The notes: generated by a model not told the origin, from the sequence alone. A stretch of 64,000 nt of DNA from Candidatus Bathyarchaeota archaeon (GCA_963714275.1 CAVQNT010000002.1:352001-416000); one strand, 5' to 3'; counted from the first letter of the stretch, positions 22,260 through 34,438 are shown. Program-made: numbers and translations.

Positions 22260-22320
22260 GCCGGGATGCCCAAGTTGTCATTTTATCTTCTCATCTCCCC
22301 GGCAGCTTGGGTTTCCCGGC
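22260..22320. other. GC-rich long hairpin (possible structured RNA or regulatory element)
   Basis: GCCGGGATGCCCAAGTTG ... CAGCTTGGGTTTCCCGGC, 18-nt arms pairing with G-U wobbles. Confidence 0.55.
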
Positions 22321-22378
22321 ACCCCTCTCCCCAAGACGGCACAGACTGCTTAAATGTTGTTTTCCTGAAGCTTAAGTC

Positions 22379-22570
22379 ATGTTTACACTTTTTCTCCATA
22401 GGAACTGCCAGAAGTGCAAGAACACAGTTACACAGCTGGTTTTTTACGAGGAAGAAAATGAAGAGCTCAGAATAATATCTTATTGGAAAAACTGTCTAGT
22501 CTGCAATGCAGATCTAACAGCACCAACAATCGAAGAGATCCAAAATAATCCTTACTTTATAAAACCCTAA
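22379..22570 (+). CDS. Small zinc-ribbon protein
   Basis: CQKC...CLVC. Confidence 0.55.
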   Translation: MFTLFLHRNCQKCKNTVTQLVFYEEENEELRIISYWKNCLVCNADLTAPTIEEIQNNPYFIKP

Positions 22571-22969
22571 AATAGAGAGAGAAGCTCAGACATATTCGTA
22601 TTTTTATTTGGTTTTGTAGATTCATTAGTACTTAAAAAAATCCATCACACCCTGAGTCAATGAAGCCAAAGCCTATCTATTCTGGAAATATCAGGGCCAT
22701 TAAGATGGGTAGAATCGAGTAAATTCCAAGTCCTTAAGACTATATCATTTTTCTAAATGAAAATTGCATGCATGCATGCAGCAACCTAAAGTCACTTTTC
22801 CCTTTTCTGTTTTGAAGGAGATGGGTTTCAGGAACGCTGCACAGTCGTATGTTCCGGGTTCCTGTTCAACTCTAGCGCGCGCCTCTAAGTTGGCTTGCAA
22901 CAAAGGGCGTGGTCACAACCAGCGCGGCGCGAGCGTATTAATTGTTTGGTGTAGCCGCAAACTATGTCT

Positions 22970-23698
22970 TCAAAAATATAAGGTGTCATAGGCTCTTACA
23001 GCGTGTTTCGCAGCCTTGATTCTTTTTCCTTGTTTGATAAGTGATTTGGCAAGTTCGTACTCCTCTTTCGCTTCTTTCAGTTCTCTTCCACTTGAGATTT
23101 TGATGAGGTATCCTGCTAAGAGGAGTATCTCGTCCAGAAAAGTGTATTTCAGGTAGTCAAGATTTTCGTAGTGTTCAATTCTGTCCCATATATCTTTAAA
23201 TGGCTTTTTTTCTTTGGAGAGTGCTGCTATTTTTTGTCCAGATGTGTACAATATGTCCAATGCTTCCTGAAAGTTGAATCTTGAAACAGGTGTGGGATTT
23301 ATGCCTCTTATCTGTCTGTGATAGAAGAAGCTGTAGATGGACTGGACGGCTAAACATAACCCTTTGCCAGTTCCTCCAGCAATTGAGATTCCAAGTCCGT
23401 ACATTCCGTTGGCATTGGAAATCATCACAGTGTCCATGAAATCTTTGGTTAAGCCGTTGATGTCGCCATAATAGACTGGAGCGCCTATGACTAGGGCGTC
23501 GGCCTCCTCACATAATCTGTTCAGTTCTTCAGGGCACTTGGCTTCCTCTGTGTAAAATGGTATCTTGTAATCTATCAGGTATGCCTTCATAGATTCAACG
23601 CCAGCTGATTTTACTCCTTCTAAAGCTCGGGTGACCAGCTGGTCGGTCAAACGTCCTTTACGTGGGCTACCAACGATTCCAAGGATCATCTCAATCAC
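22970..23698 (-). CDS. Flavodoxin-family / NADPH-dependent FMN reductase
   Basis: ILGIVGSPRKG, ADALVIGAPVYYG. Confidence 0.85.
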   Translation of the reverse strand: MIEMILGIVGSPRKGRLTDQLVTRALEGVKSAGVESMKAYLIDYKIPFYTEEAKCPEELNRLCEEADALVIGAPVYYGDINGLTKDFMDTVMISNANGMYGLGISIAGGTGKGLCLAVQSIYSFFYHRQIRGINPTPVSRFNFQEALDILYTSGQKIAALSKEKKPFKDIWDRIEHYENLDYLKYTFLDEILLLAGYLIKISSGRELKEAKEEYELAKSLIKQGKRIKAAKHAVRAYDTLYF

Positions 23699-23870
23699 CT
23701 TTCATGTTTCAAGATCACATTGGGTATAAAGTAGAAGCCTCCTTTATGGCTTATCGGTTGAGCTTTCAGCACGTCGAGTATTCCGTTCGTGAGCATGTCT
23801 TCACCTACATGGGCTGCTACGACCTCTCCGACAAACAATGTGCGATCTCCACTTCGTGATCAGACTTGAG
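23695..23870 (-). pseudogene. Flavin-reductase-like C-terminal fragment
   Basis: GDRTLFVGEVVAAHV...ILDVLKAQPISHKGGFYF; no intact 5' part. Confidence 0.6.
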
Positions 23871-24047
23871 CCTAATAGTATAGTCAGGTTTCTTTTTGCC
23901 GCTTGGTGAAGGCAACAAGGTCTCTGGAACGATCATGTACCCTATAAGGTTGATGAGCGGCTCCTTGATGTTTCTTTTCACGAACTCTTCCGGGAGTTAG
24001 CTCAGCTAAATGACATTTTTATTAATAGACCTTTTTACACATCTTTA

Positions 24048-24905
24048 TTGAAGGTGTTTGGTTTGAAAGAACTGCTTAAGGTAGCTGGAATACAAACAAA
24101 TCCTAAGATTTTGGAGAAAGAAGAAAATTTGAAAAAATGTTTAGAGTTGATGCATGTTGCATCAAAGAATGGTAGTCAACTATTGATTTTTCCTGAATGT
24201 TCATTTACGGGATACTGTTTCTCTAGCCTCGATGAAGGTTTAGATGCAGCTGAACCCATTCCAGGACCAAGCACAAACGAGATTGGTTCCTTATGCAAAG
24301 ATCTTGAAATATATACAATCGTTGGCTTACTTGAAATAGACCGTGATAAGTGTTATAACGCCTTAGCCTTTTTCGGTCCAGAAGGCATTATAGGAAAGTA
24401 CCGAAAGATTCACCTACCTTACCTAGGAATAGATCGTTACGCTACCCCAGGCGACAAGCCCTTAAAGGTCTACACTACAGAAATAGGCAAGATAGGTCTA
24501 AACATCTGCTTTGATGTAAGACTCCCTGAAAGTGCGCGTGTGATGGCTCTTATGGGTGCAGAGATTATTGTTCTACCAACTAATTGGCCTCGTGGTGCAG
24601 AGGCTATTCCCAAGTACGTAATTAACGCTAGAGCGTATGAAAACAGAGTTAACTATGTAGCGGTCAACCGTGTAGGAGTAGAAAGAGGCTTTCACTTCAT
24701 TGGAAGAAGCAAAATCGTGGACTATGCTGGTCAGACTTTGGCTAAGGCCAGCGCGGTCAATGAGGAAATCATATACGCTCAATTGAACCTTAAAGCAGCC
24801 CAAGAAAAACATGTAACAATAATCCCTGGAAAATTCGAGTTACCACTTTTTGAGGCCAGGAGACCAGAATTTTACGGTCTAATATCACAAAAAAATAGAA
24901 ATTAG
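24048..24905 (+). CDS. Carbon-nitrogen hydrolase (nitrilase family)
   Basis: FPE, YRKIHL, ICFD: E-K-C triad. Confidence 0.93.
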   Translation: MKVFGLKELLKVAGIQTNPKILEKEENLKKCLELMHVASKNGSQLLIFPECSFTGYCFSSLDEGLDAAEPIPGPSTNEIGSLCKDLEIYTIVGLLEIDRDKCYNALAFFGPEGIIGKYRKIHLPYLGIDRYATPGDKPLKVYTTEIGKIGLNICFDVRLPESARVMALMGAEIIVLPTNWPRGAEAIPKYVINARAYENRVNYVAVNRVGVERGFHFIGRSKIVDYAGQTLAKASAVNEEIIYAQLNLKAAQEKHVTIIPGKFELPLFEARRPEFYGLISQKNRN

Positions 24906-25513
24906 TGATCCTAAGTTAATAGATTGCCAGCAAGGAGCAGACCCTGATACATTGATCTGTGAAGAAGCATGGAAACTTAGATGATGTAGAACGGATCCTT
25001 ATTCCACCTAGCCACAATCTCGGCGTCTCTTAAGATTTGATCTTTCAGCGCTTCAACTTTAGTGTCGCTCTTTCTGCTCGTTTTTCCGCTTTTTCCTCTG
25101 CTTTTCTGAGTTTCCAAGGTTTTCACACAACAAACAAAAAAGTAATATTATGAAGCGATATACCTCTATATTAAACTTTCAGCAGATTCATAATAGCGCG
25201 CTTTTCGAATCTAATAGTCAGCTTTTACTAGATTTTTTGCGATTTCACTTCCGATCTGCTCGAAGTCCTTCTCTGCGTTTGCTTGGTTCTAGGAGCTTTG
25301 ATTCCTCAATCAACATTACTAGCGGAAGTAATTTGGATGGGGTATATTTTATAAAGTCTCTCGAAAGGGTTTTTATAATAAAAGCAGACTTTATAGAAGA
25401 ATAAAGCGAAAGTAATCATTAAAAGAAAGAAAAACCTAATTACTCCACAAAGCATAATTTTGTATAATCTAGTTAAGAAAAGGCGATGAGTTATATCTGA
25501 AAAGAAACCATAT

Positions 25514-27796
25514 TTGAATCCTTCTTTGGATATCGAGCAAAGACTTAAGGACCTTCTACAGAGGATGACACTTGAAGAAAAGATTGCGCAGCTAGGATCA
25601 ATGCCTTCTAAGCTTGACTACATTCCTCAGAAGGGACTTCTCGAAAACGGCAAGTTCTCAAAAGAGAAGGCTAAAAAACTCATAGGCAAAGGCATCGGGC
25701 AAATAACGCGCGTTTCAGGAGGAACACGCCAAATAACAAGCCCAAAGCAGGCAGCGACCGTTGCCAACGAGATTCAGGGATTCCTGATTGAGGAAACAAG
25801 GCTTGGGATTCCCGCAATAGTACATGAGGAATGCCTAAGCGGGTTTATGGCTCATGGCGCGACGGCTTTCCCTCAAGCAATCGGCTTATCTAGCACATGG
25901 CATCCCGAGCTGGTTCAGAAGGTTACTTCGATAATTCGAAGACAGATGAGAACAGTAGGCGCGCATCAAGGGCTTTCACCTGTTGTTGACGTTGTTAGAG
26001 ACCCAAGATGGGGAAGAAACGAAGAGACATATGGCGAAGACCCGTATCTCGTTGCCAGAATAGCAGTAGCATATGTTAAGGGGCTACAGGGAAATGATCC
26101 GAAAACCGGAGTCATAGCTACCTTGAAGCATTTTGCCGGTCACGGTTTTTCGGAAGGAGGAAGAAATCAAGCTCCTGTCCATGTTCCAACTAGAGAGTTT
26201 AGAGAAGTGTGCCTCTTTCCCTTTGAAGCTGCCATAAAGGAGGCACATGCCTATTCTGTGATGAGCAGTTATCACGATTTGGACGGTGTGCCGCTCTCGG
26301 CTTCTCGTGAGCTTTTAACTGGAATCCTTAGAGAAGAATGGGGCTTCAAAGGGTTTGTGGTCTCCGATTACGCAGCGATAAGTATGCTGCAAACCGCGCA
26401 TCATGTTGCTTTAGATGCAAAAGACGCGGCGGTTCAGGCTTTGGAGGCGGGAATTGAGATAGAACTCCCCCATACTGACTGTTACGGGAAACCTCTGCTC
26501 CAAGCGGCTAAGGAAGGAATAATCTCCGAGGCAACCATTGACGAGGCAGTGTCCAGAGTCCTTAGAGCCAAGTTCCTCCTCGGATTATTCGAAAATCCCT
26601 ATGTCGATGTTAAGCAAGTTGATGGAGCTTATGACACGGCAGAGGACCGTGCCCTTGCACTTCAGGCCGCCAGAGAATCCATTGTGCTTCTAAAAAATGG
26701 GGGCATTCTTCCGCTTAGAAAAAATGTTAATTCCTTAGTAGTCATAGGGCCAAATGCTGACAGCACGAGAAACCTCCACGGGGACTACAGTGACACCGCA
26801 CATATGCAATGCGAAAGGGATGCAGTGCCAACCGTCAGCGTCTTGGAAGGAATTAAAAAGAAAGTCTCGCCAAAAACAAAAATTTTTCACGTAAAGGGAT
26901 GCGATATCTCAGGGACATCAACAGATGGCTTCAAAGAGGCTTTAGAAGCTACGAAAAAATCAAACATTATCATCGCAGTCGTAGGAGAGAAATCTGGGCT
27001 TTCACCGTCTGATGTGTCAGGCGAGTCTAGAGACAGGGCAAATGTGGATCTTCCAGGTGTTCAGGAAGAACTAGTGAGGACTTTGCGCGGCTATGGAAAG
27101 CACATTGTTTTAGTTTTGGTCAACGGGCGTCCACTTTCTCTTCAACGGATTATTGAAGACTGCGTTGCCGTGGTTGAGGCGTGGGTGCCGGGTGAGGAAG
27201 GTGGCAACGCTGTGGCTGACGTGTTGTTTGGAGACTATAATCCGGGAGGAAAACTTCCAGTCTCGCTGCCTAAGCACATCGGCCAAATCCCGGTCAATTA
27301 TGCCAGAAAGCCACATTCCATACGAGATTATGTTTTTATGGATTCAAGACCTTTGTTCCCGTTTGGACACGGCTTAAGCTACACGCAGTTCGAATACGAT
27401 GGTTTAACGGTCACGCCGAAGAAGGTATACCCAGCCGGAAAAGTGAGAATAAGCTGCGAAGTGAAGAACACGGGCAACCGGCAAGGCGACGAGGTTATTC
27501 AGCTCTACGTAAAAGATGAGATTGCTTCTGTCACTAGACCTATAAAGGAACTGAAAGGCTTCAGGAGATTGGCACTTGAACCTGGAGAGAAGAAGACCGT
27601 AACCTTCGAGCTTTCAATGGACCAGCTTGCCTTCTACGATAGGCACATGAAATTCATCGTGGAACCGGGACTGTTTAAGGTAATGGTTGGAAGCTCCTCG
27701 GAAGACATTAGACTGGAAGGAAGCTTCGAAGTAATCGGTGAGACGAAGCTCACGCCTTCAAGCCGCACCTTTTTCAGCAACGTGACAGTTCAGTAG
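25514..27796 (+). CDS. GH3 beta-glucosidase/xylosidase (BglX-like)
   Basis: RDPRWGRNEETYGEDP, KHFAG, GFVVSDY, PLFPFGHGLSYT, Fn3 tail. Confidence 0.95.
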   Translation: MNPSLDIEQRLKDLLQRMTLEEKIAQLGSMPSKLDYIPQKGLLENGKFSKEKAKKLIGKGIGQITRVSGGTRQITSPKQAATVANEIQGFLIEETRLGIPAIVHEECLSGFMAHGATAFPQAIGLSSTWHPELVQKVTSIIRRQMRTVGAHQGLSPVVDVVRDPRWGRNEETYGEDPYLVARIAVAYVKGLQGNDPKTGVIATLKHFAGHGFSEGGRNQAPVHVPTREFREVCLFPFEAAIKEAHAYSVMSSYHDLDGVPLSASRELLTGILREEWGFKGFVVSDYAAISMLQTAHHVALDAKDAAVQALEAGIEIELPHTDCYGKPLLQAAKEGIISEATIDEAVSRVLRAKFLLGLFENPYVDVKQVDGAYDTAEDRALALQAARESIVLLKNGGILPLRKNVNSLVVIGPNADSTRNLHGDYSDTAHMQCERDAVPTVSVLEGIKKKVSPKTKIFHVKGCDISGTSTDGFKEALEATKKSNIIIAVVGEKSGLSPSDVSGESRDRANVDLPGVQEELVRTLRGYGKHIVLVLVNGRPLSLQRIIEDCVAVVEAWVPGEEGGNAVADVLFGDYNPGGKLPVSLPKHIGQIPVNYARKPHSIRDYVFMDSRPLFPFGHGLSYTQFEYDGLTVTPKKVYPAGKVRISCEVKNTGNRQGDEVIQLYVKDEIASVTRPIKELKGFRRLALEPGEKKTVTFELSMDQLAFYDRHMKFIVEPGLFKVMVGSSSEDIRLEGSFEVIGETKLTPSSRTFFSNVTVQ

Positions 27797-28007
27797 CCAT
27801 CATAGAACATTGTCCAAACATGAGTCTAAAGAAAAGCAGTATCTAAGAAAGCAAATAGGTATGAGCTCACCAGAAGAAGAATACGTTTATGAAACGAACC
27901 AACAGTGAAACTCATGACGGCTGCCACTGAGGTAAAAGATGGTGTTGCTCACGATAAAGAGTTATATCATGGACGAACATAGTTAGACGACATTTTGGTG
28001 TTGAATT

Positions 28008-29311
28008 ATGTCTTCTCAGAGAATCACCATACCCTATCAGGATCAGATGCTTGAGGCGGATGTTGCCAGCCGAAACCTTTTGGCAATAATCGAGGAGAGG
28101 CCAGACCTTCCGCCCGTTGACTGACTTGGAGGCTGAGGCTAAACATGCCCTTTCTAGCCCAATCGGGTTGGAACGAATATCAAAATATGTGGGAGCCAAC
28201 TCCACAGTTGCCATCCTTGTTGACGATTACACGAGGCCGACGCCTGCTCACAGGATAGCGCCACTAGTGGTAGAGGAGCTTGAGGCTGCGGGCGTTAAAG
28301 AGAGGAACATCTTCTTCCTCTACGCGCCTGGTCAACATCCCGCAACTCGGGAGCTTGCTGTAGAAAAGGTTGGAAAAACGCTTGCAGACCGTTTTGAGAT
28401 CATTGTCCACAACCCCAAGGCCTTCGAGGATCTTTTCTTCCTCGGCTTCACCTCTACTGGGACGCCGGTCTGGGTGAATAAGGCGATTAAACGCGCTGAC
28501 TTCATTACCAACATCGGGGGCATCAAGCCCAACTTTTCGCCTGGCTGGGGAGGAGGCTGCAAGATTATTATGCCGGGTATTTCGGGTTGGGAGACCATCA
28601 ATTATACTCATACGAAGGTTATGGCAGGAGACAGGGTGAATTCAGAAGGCGTCGATGATACCCCAGTTAGGCGCGACATTGAGGAAATCGGCGACATGGC
28701 TGGGCTCAAGTTCATCCTTAACGTGGTCTGGAACAGAAGTGGTCAAATCTGTGGTGTTGTGGCTGGAGATCCCCATCAAGCTTGGTATAAGGGCTTAGAA
28801 ATCGCCAAGAAGAGTCTTTGTTTATAAACTTCCAAAACGAGCCGAGATTGCAATCATAGGCGCTGGAAAGGCAGAGTACATTTCCGAAGCCCTTTATGCA
28901 GCCACAAAAGGCTACAGCTTAACAAAGGAAAATGGTACGATTATCGTAGTGGCGCCTTGCACACGCGGTTGGAATAAGGAAGTTTCTCCCATAGAAAAAG
29001 ACTGGTATAAATCGTTCCCTTCGGAAGACTTAATGCGTTATACAGCCAGCGAGATCGCTTGGAAGACTCAGAAGCGAGAGCTCGACCCCGCCAGAAACAT
29101 GAACGGCCCTTACGGTCTCAGGTTAACAATAGAAAAGAGGCATGTTCTTATCGTTTCTCACGCAGCAGCTCCTGAAAAGCTGAAAACATACGGCGTTGAC
29201 CATGCCTTCAACCTTACTAAGGCCTTAATAAAGGCTTATGCTAAGCAAGGTTCAGAAGCATGTGTTATTATTATGCCCCAGGATTTCAGATATGTTCTCA
29301 AAGTTGACTAA
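28008..29311 (+). CDS. LarA-family nickel-pincer racemase/epimerase; frameshifts near 28110 and 28820
   Basis: ILVDDYTRPTP, GTPVWVNK, GGGCKIIMPGISG. Confidence 0.82.
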
Positions 29312-29411
29312 CATGTGTACAGCTATCATGCAAGGTGCTAGCTCAGCTTCTGTTCTTTTTTTAGGAAAGGATATATTTTTGGCTAATATCATAATTCTGG
29401 AAGTGTTGGAT

Positions 29412-29561
29412 ATGGTAAAGGCGCTTATTCTGTATCATTCGCAAGAATTTGGTAACACTGCTGTTATGGCGGAGGCGCTTGCTGAAGGATTAAGGACTGC
29501 CGGCTGTGAAGTCGATTTATTTAACACAAATGATAAGCGCTTCAAGCTGACTAACTGTTAG
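29412..29561 (+). pseudogene. Flavodoxin 5' fragment
   Basis: MVKALILYHSQEFGNTAVMAEALAEGL; cut at AGCTGACTAACTGTTAGCTAGCTAA. Confidence 0.75.
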
Positions 29562-29737
29562 CTAGCTAAGAGTATTCCTTCTGGAAGCTCCCTAGTTCTT
29601 CACCTCTTCTTTTACTCTAAAAAAATATGGTTGTTTTTAAAAATGACGAACAATGACAGATTTAGGGAACACCTGCAAATACAGAAGTGGAAGAATAAAT
29701 GTCTAGTCAAAGGACAAAAAGGTGCGTGTAAAAAAAT

Positions 29738-30667
29738 TTGGAAAACATCAAAAGGAAAGAGATTAAAGATGTTGTTCCTGCTATTTTTCTAATTGGTAGT
29801 CTATTTGTCATTATCGACACTTTAGCTTTGTTGACTGTTGAACCATATGAAGCCTCTGGTGTTGCGGTGTTTAGTAATCCAAATGACCCAGTGGATATTG
29901 TATATTTATTTTTGACATTACTGGGGTTTACATTTGCGTTTTTGTTGATCGCTAGATTTTGGAAAAAACAGTTGATACGTGGAATTGTCTTAATGTCAAT
30001 TGGGCTAACAGTTTTCAGTACGGCCTTTACTTTGTTGGCAACTTTGTTTCCAGAAGAGTGGTCACTGTTTCTTTCAATAACGACCGTAGTACTTCTAGTT
30101 CTAATACTCATCAAGTATCCTGAATGGTATGTGGTAGACACATGCTGCATAATTGTGGGAGCTAGTGCCATCGCAATGCTTGGTATCTCATTGAGCATTT
30201 TCCTCGTGATTGTTTTGCTTATTGGATTAGCGATATATGACGCAATATCAGTCTACATAACTAAACACATGATTGACCTTGCAGACGCTCTCTTGGATCT
30301 TAGGTTACCAATAATATTCACTATACCGATAACTAGAAACTATTCGCTGATTAAAGAAACGAAGAGTCTTAAAGTAAAACTCAAGGACAATGAGAAACGG
30401 GATGCGTTTTTTATAGGGTTAGGAGACATTATAATGCCTGGTACTCTGGTCGCTTCCACTTTTCACAATATTACTAGTAACGGTCTCCCTGTAGCCTTAT
30501 CAGTAATGCTGGGAACAATTTTGGGCCTCATAGTTCTCATGAGAACAGCCATTAAAGGAAAGCCGCAAGCAGGACTGCCTTTTCTTTGCGGTGGAGCAAT
30601 ATTAGGCTATTTGTTATCGAGCTATATGTTATTCGGAACATTCACTGGTCTTTTTCTGACTAGCTAG
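29738..30667 (+). CDS. Presenilin-family intramembrane aspartyl protease (PSH, A22)
   Basis: IYDAISV, IGLGD and PQAGLP motifs; multi-TM. Confidence 0.92.
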   Translation: MENIKRKEIKDVVPAIFLIGSLFVIIDTLALLTVEPYEASGVAVFSNPNDPVDIVYLFLTLLGFTFAFLLIARFWKKQLIRGIVLMSIGLTVFSTAFTLLATLFPEEWSLFLSITTVVLLVLILIKYPEWYVVDTCCIIVGASAIAMLGISLSIFLVIVLLIGLAIYDAISVYITKHMIDLADALLDLRLPIIFTIPITRNYSLIKETKSLKVKLKDNEKRDAFFIGLGDIIMPGTLVASTFHNITSNGLPVALSVMLGTILGLIVLMRTAIKGKPQAGLPFLCGGAILGYLLSSYMLFGTFTGLFLTS

Positions 30668-31052
30668 TAAACGCACTAATCAATAACTTCAAAATGTTAG
30701 GTCGTTTTTGTAGATGAGCAGCGCGCGCTAACTAAGGAGAAAGAAGCCTCAGTTTAATTCATGACAGTGGTTAATTACTAGACTCTGAGAAATTTGTCGC
30801 TGGTTCTAAGTTGGCTTAATTTCTTTTTTCTTTCCAAACCAGTAGATTATCACAGCTATTACCAAAAAAATTATTGTACTTACTGGTGCGAAGGTATTTT
30901 CCCCTGGGGCAGGAAATAACATTGATATACCTAGAAAGATAGTAACAATGATTCCAACCCAATAATACCATTTCAAACAGTTATCCTCGGCGTTACCATA
31001 TTTATCTTAATATTACCTCATCGACTGTACTGGGTCCTAATGTTTCGATAGT

Positions 31053-31859
31053 CTACTGTAACCGACGGCAGAGGTCGTCCCTAATGAATGCTGAACCGCG
31101 ATATCGTAGTGTTTGAGTTACCTGACGCACAGGTAAAGTATTCAAAACCTCTAACAGCTTAACAAGCTGCTTAGGAAGGTCCGCTTTACCCGGATCACCA
31201 AAGAAGATCTCTCCTGATTCGCCTCGCCACAACTCATCAATTGTAGTATCGCTGGGGAAGATGACTGGATAGTTGGCGTCGGGAGGACCATCAAGAGAAG
31301 GGATATATTTATAGAAAAGTAAAGGTCGGTTGTTAATCATTTTACTTGCAGCGAAGCGGACAATAGCGTTCTGTTTCTTTAGCGGACCGAGATCCATGCT
31401 AATTAACAGTTGATCCCATAATGAGGCTTTACACAGTAAATGTCCGTTAGGCTGAGCTTCAGCTGTTGGAATGTCAGCATACATCTTTGGCCAGCCTACC
31501 TGTTCCCGACCTCTAATGATTGGAATAGCATCGTTCAAGAACATCACTAGAACATTCTCGCCCTCAACATGGTCCTTTTCACCATCAAAACGTGCAGCCA
31601 CTTGCACAGCAACTTCATTATACCCGCGATCTGCCATGAAGTCGACATGATTATAGTAGGCAAACTAAACGGTTACGACGGGCTTCTCAGCTAGTTGGAA
31701 ACAGTCGGGTATAAGAGGCTGGAGGGCATCAGAATCGGTTTGGTACTGAAGAAGAAGCCATTCAGCCTCGCCTAAATGGGGACGATGGTCCTCTCTTTTC
31801 TCAGCAATCGGCCCACCAATCAATGGCATCAAATAAATTTTGCTTGGATCAATCTTCAT
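31053..31859 (-). CDS. Acetoacetate decarboxylase family protein; frameshift near 31665
   Basis: GYNEVAV, IRGREQVGWPKMYADI. Confidence 0.85.
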
Positions 31860-31960
31860 GTTCTACTTCCCCTAATTTCGAATTGTATTACTACAACTAT
31901 GTAAGCCTATTCATGAAGTCCTCATATAAGCTCAGGTAGCTACCAAAAACACAGTGTGAA

Positions 31961-32194
31961 TCATTGTTGTCTTTGTCCGCATTCAAGGCAAAAACGTACA
32001 GAAGTTGGTACCTTGCTTTTGCAACTCGGACATATTTTTAACACAAGTTCAGGATGTAACAAGGTTCCGCAAAAATTGCAGTAGTTGGAAATTGAGTAGA
32101 CCTGCAACCTACATTTTGGGCAGATCAAGCAATGCGTATATAGAGGAAGGGGGATCAGAATCAATGCTCCAAGAACCAATTCATCCACACCCAT
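31961..32194 (-). CDS. Double zinc-ribbon protein with TM segment
   Basis: CPKC..CNFCG..CPSC..CLECG. Confidence 0.7.
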   Translation of the reverse strand: MGVDELVLGALILIPLPLYTHCLICPKCRLQVYSISNYCNFCGTLLHPELVLKICPSCKSKVPTSVRFCLECGQRQQ

Positions 32195-32497
32195 GGAGAT
32201 ATATCCGTTCTACTTGTTCTTTTTATTTCTTCATCATTCTAGTTAAGTTAAGTAACTGATAACTATTAGTAATAGATAGCATCGTTTTACGTGTTCTTCG
32301 CAATAACTTTGTCCGCAGATTTCTTGGAGAGAATTGTAAAGACTGCCAATTTATGTTGTTCTTCTCACTTGAGTGGTTCTACAACTGGCTACCATAACTG
32401 GATGTTGGCAAACTGCATCGGAGATAGAAAATTCGCATTTACTTTTTTTAGCTAGGCTGACTTATTTTCTCAGATCAATGTCTATAATTGAAGCCAA

Positions 32498-33776
32498 TTG
32501 ATAAACTTAGCCATCATAGGCGCTGGTGTTGGAGGATGCTCGGCGGCTTATTTTGCCAGCAAATATCTCCCAGATTCAAAGATAACTATCTACGAAGCTA
32601 GTGATAGGGTAGGCGGAAGAGTGCTAACCCTCGAGGAAGGACCTCTGAAGTCTGGAGATGGGAGCCGAATTCTTCAACCCCACGAATAAGACAATCTTAG
32701 GACTCGTTAAGGATAGGGGCTTAAGGGTGAGGAAAATCGAGGAAAGCATGGACTTCGCAATATGGAATGGTTCCGAGATCATCTTCAAGTCAAACCAAGT
32801 GGCTACTCTTACGATGCTAAAACTCTTCATGAGATACAAACTGAACATGTCCAAAATGTTCTTCATCCTCAAAGAGGCAAGACGCCTGGTTAAGTACTTA
32901 TACGAAGGAAACTGGGAGAATCCAAGCGCTGTTGATGAACTCTTCGAGTCTATAGGCCTAGACAAATGGTACAGGAAGCAATTCAATAGTATCCTCAATG
33001 AACGAGGCGTGGACGAAGCATTCATAGACGACGTTGTAACGCCTATCACGAGGATAATCTACTCTCAGAATGCAGACCTAGGAGGATTCGCAGGGCTTAC
33101 ATCAATAATAGGTGTTTACGTTGGACCGTTATACAACCTAGCTGACGGTAACAGCGTTCTTCCAAGGAGTCTCGCAGAGGCATCAAATTCAGAGCTTAGG
33201 CTGGGGCAGAAGGTAGAAAACATCGAAAAAACACCCGACAGTTCTTACAGGGTTTCAGTTGGAGAGAAGACTTCCATTTTTGATGGTGTGATTATTGCGG
33301 TTCCGCTGGAGTTAGCTGGATTTGAGTTCGACGGTGTCTCAATGCGTAAGTGGAAGCCACAGCAGTACAAAAGAGTCTACACGAGGGTTATGCGTGGCTT
33401 CGTTGACTCAGGTTACTTTGGTCTTGAAGAATCAAGAAAATTGCCTCCCATGATACTAACCACTGCGGAGGCAAATCAAATAATTCGCTTCACCATAAAG
33501 CAATCGGCTAATAGCGAGTCCTTGCTGACAATTTCCTCAACTGAGCCGCTCTCCGATGATGTGCTCTACGGGGTTCTCAAGAATGGGAAGACAGTTCTAG
33601 AACACAGTTGGGAAGCAGCATACCCTGCCTTCAAGCCGATGGATAAACTTCCGCCTTCTCGCCTCGATGAAAGGCTCATGTACCTCAACTCCATCGAATC
33701 CGCAGCCTCATCCATGGAGACATCGGCCTTTTCGGCCCTCAATGCCATAAAAATGATGAAACGCGAATTTAGATAA
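32498..33776 (+). CDS. FAD-dependent oxidoreductase, prenylcysteine oxidase/lyase-like; frameshift near 32650
   Basis: GAGVGG...E...VGGR; HSWEAAYP; YLNSIESAASSMETSA. Confidence 0.8.
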
Positions 33777-33902
33777 TCTGATTCATCGAAAGTTCACATT
33801 TGTTCTTAGTTAGCCAGACTGAAGCTCAGCTCACTCGATTGATGAGTTAGTACCACACATTATAGATGTAGTAGTAGTAATTAAGAAAAAAGGAGTGGTG
33901 GT

Positions 33903-34438
33903 TTATTTCCATTTGACGGTGCAGCCGACGGGTTCTGTATTTTGTACCGGGACTTCCTGTCCTTTAAGTATGGCGTCTAAGGCGTCTCTCAAATAATGTC
34001 AGCTGTACATTGTTTGGTTCGTAAACGTTGTCGTCGATTCTGCCGTGATAACGAAGCGTCCGTTTCTTGTCAAAGACGAAGACTTCAGGTGTTCGTTCAG
34101 CTCCGTATGATCTGGCTATGCTTTGGCTTTCGTCTCTTAGATAGGGAAAATTGAAGCCTTTTTCTTTCAGCTCGAACTTTCATGTTCTTGAAACTGTCTT
34201 CAGGATAATTCTTGTCATCGTTGGAGTTAATTGCAACGAGTGCAACTCCTTTGTCTTTGTAGTCTCTCTGCAACTCAACAAACCTTTCCTCGTATGCCTG
34301 AACAGTTGGGCAATGGTTGCAGCTGAACATGACTATGATGATTTTCTTTTCCTTGAAATCTTCCAAGCTGTACGTGTTGCTGTCAACCCCAGGCAACTTG
34401 AAGCCGGGTGCAAGATCTCCAATTTTCAGATCTGCCAT
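33903..34438 (-). CDS. Thioredoxin-fold redoxin (AhpC/TSA-like); frameshifted
   Basis: FSCNHCPTV, AINSND; C-terminal EPVGCTVKWK*. Confidence 0.85.
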
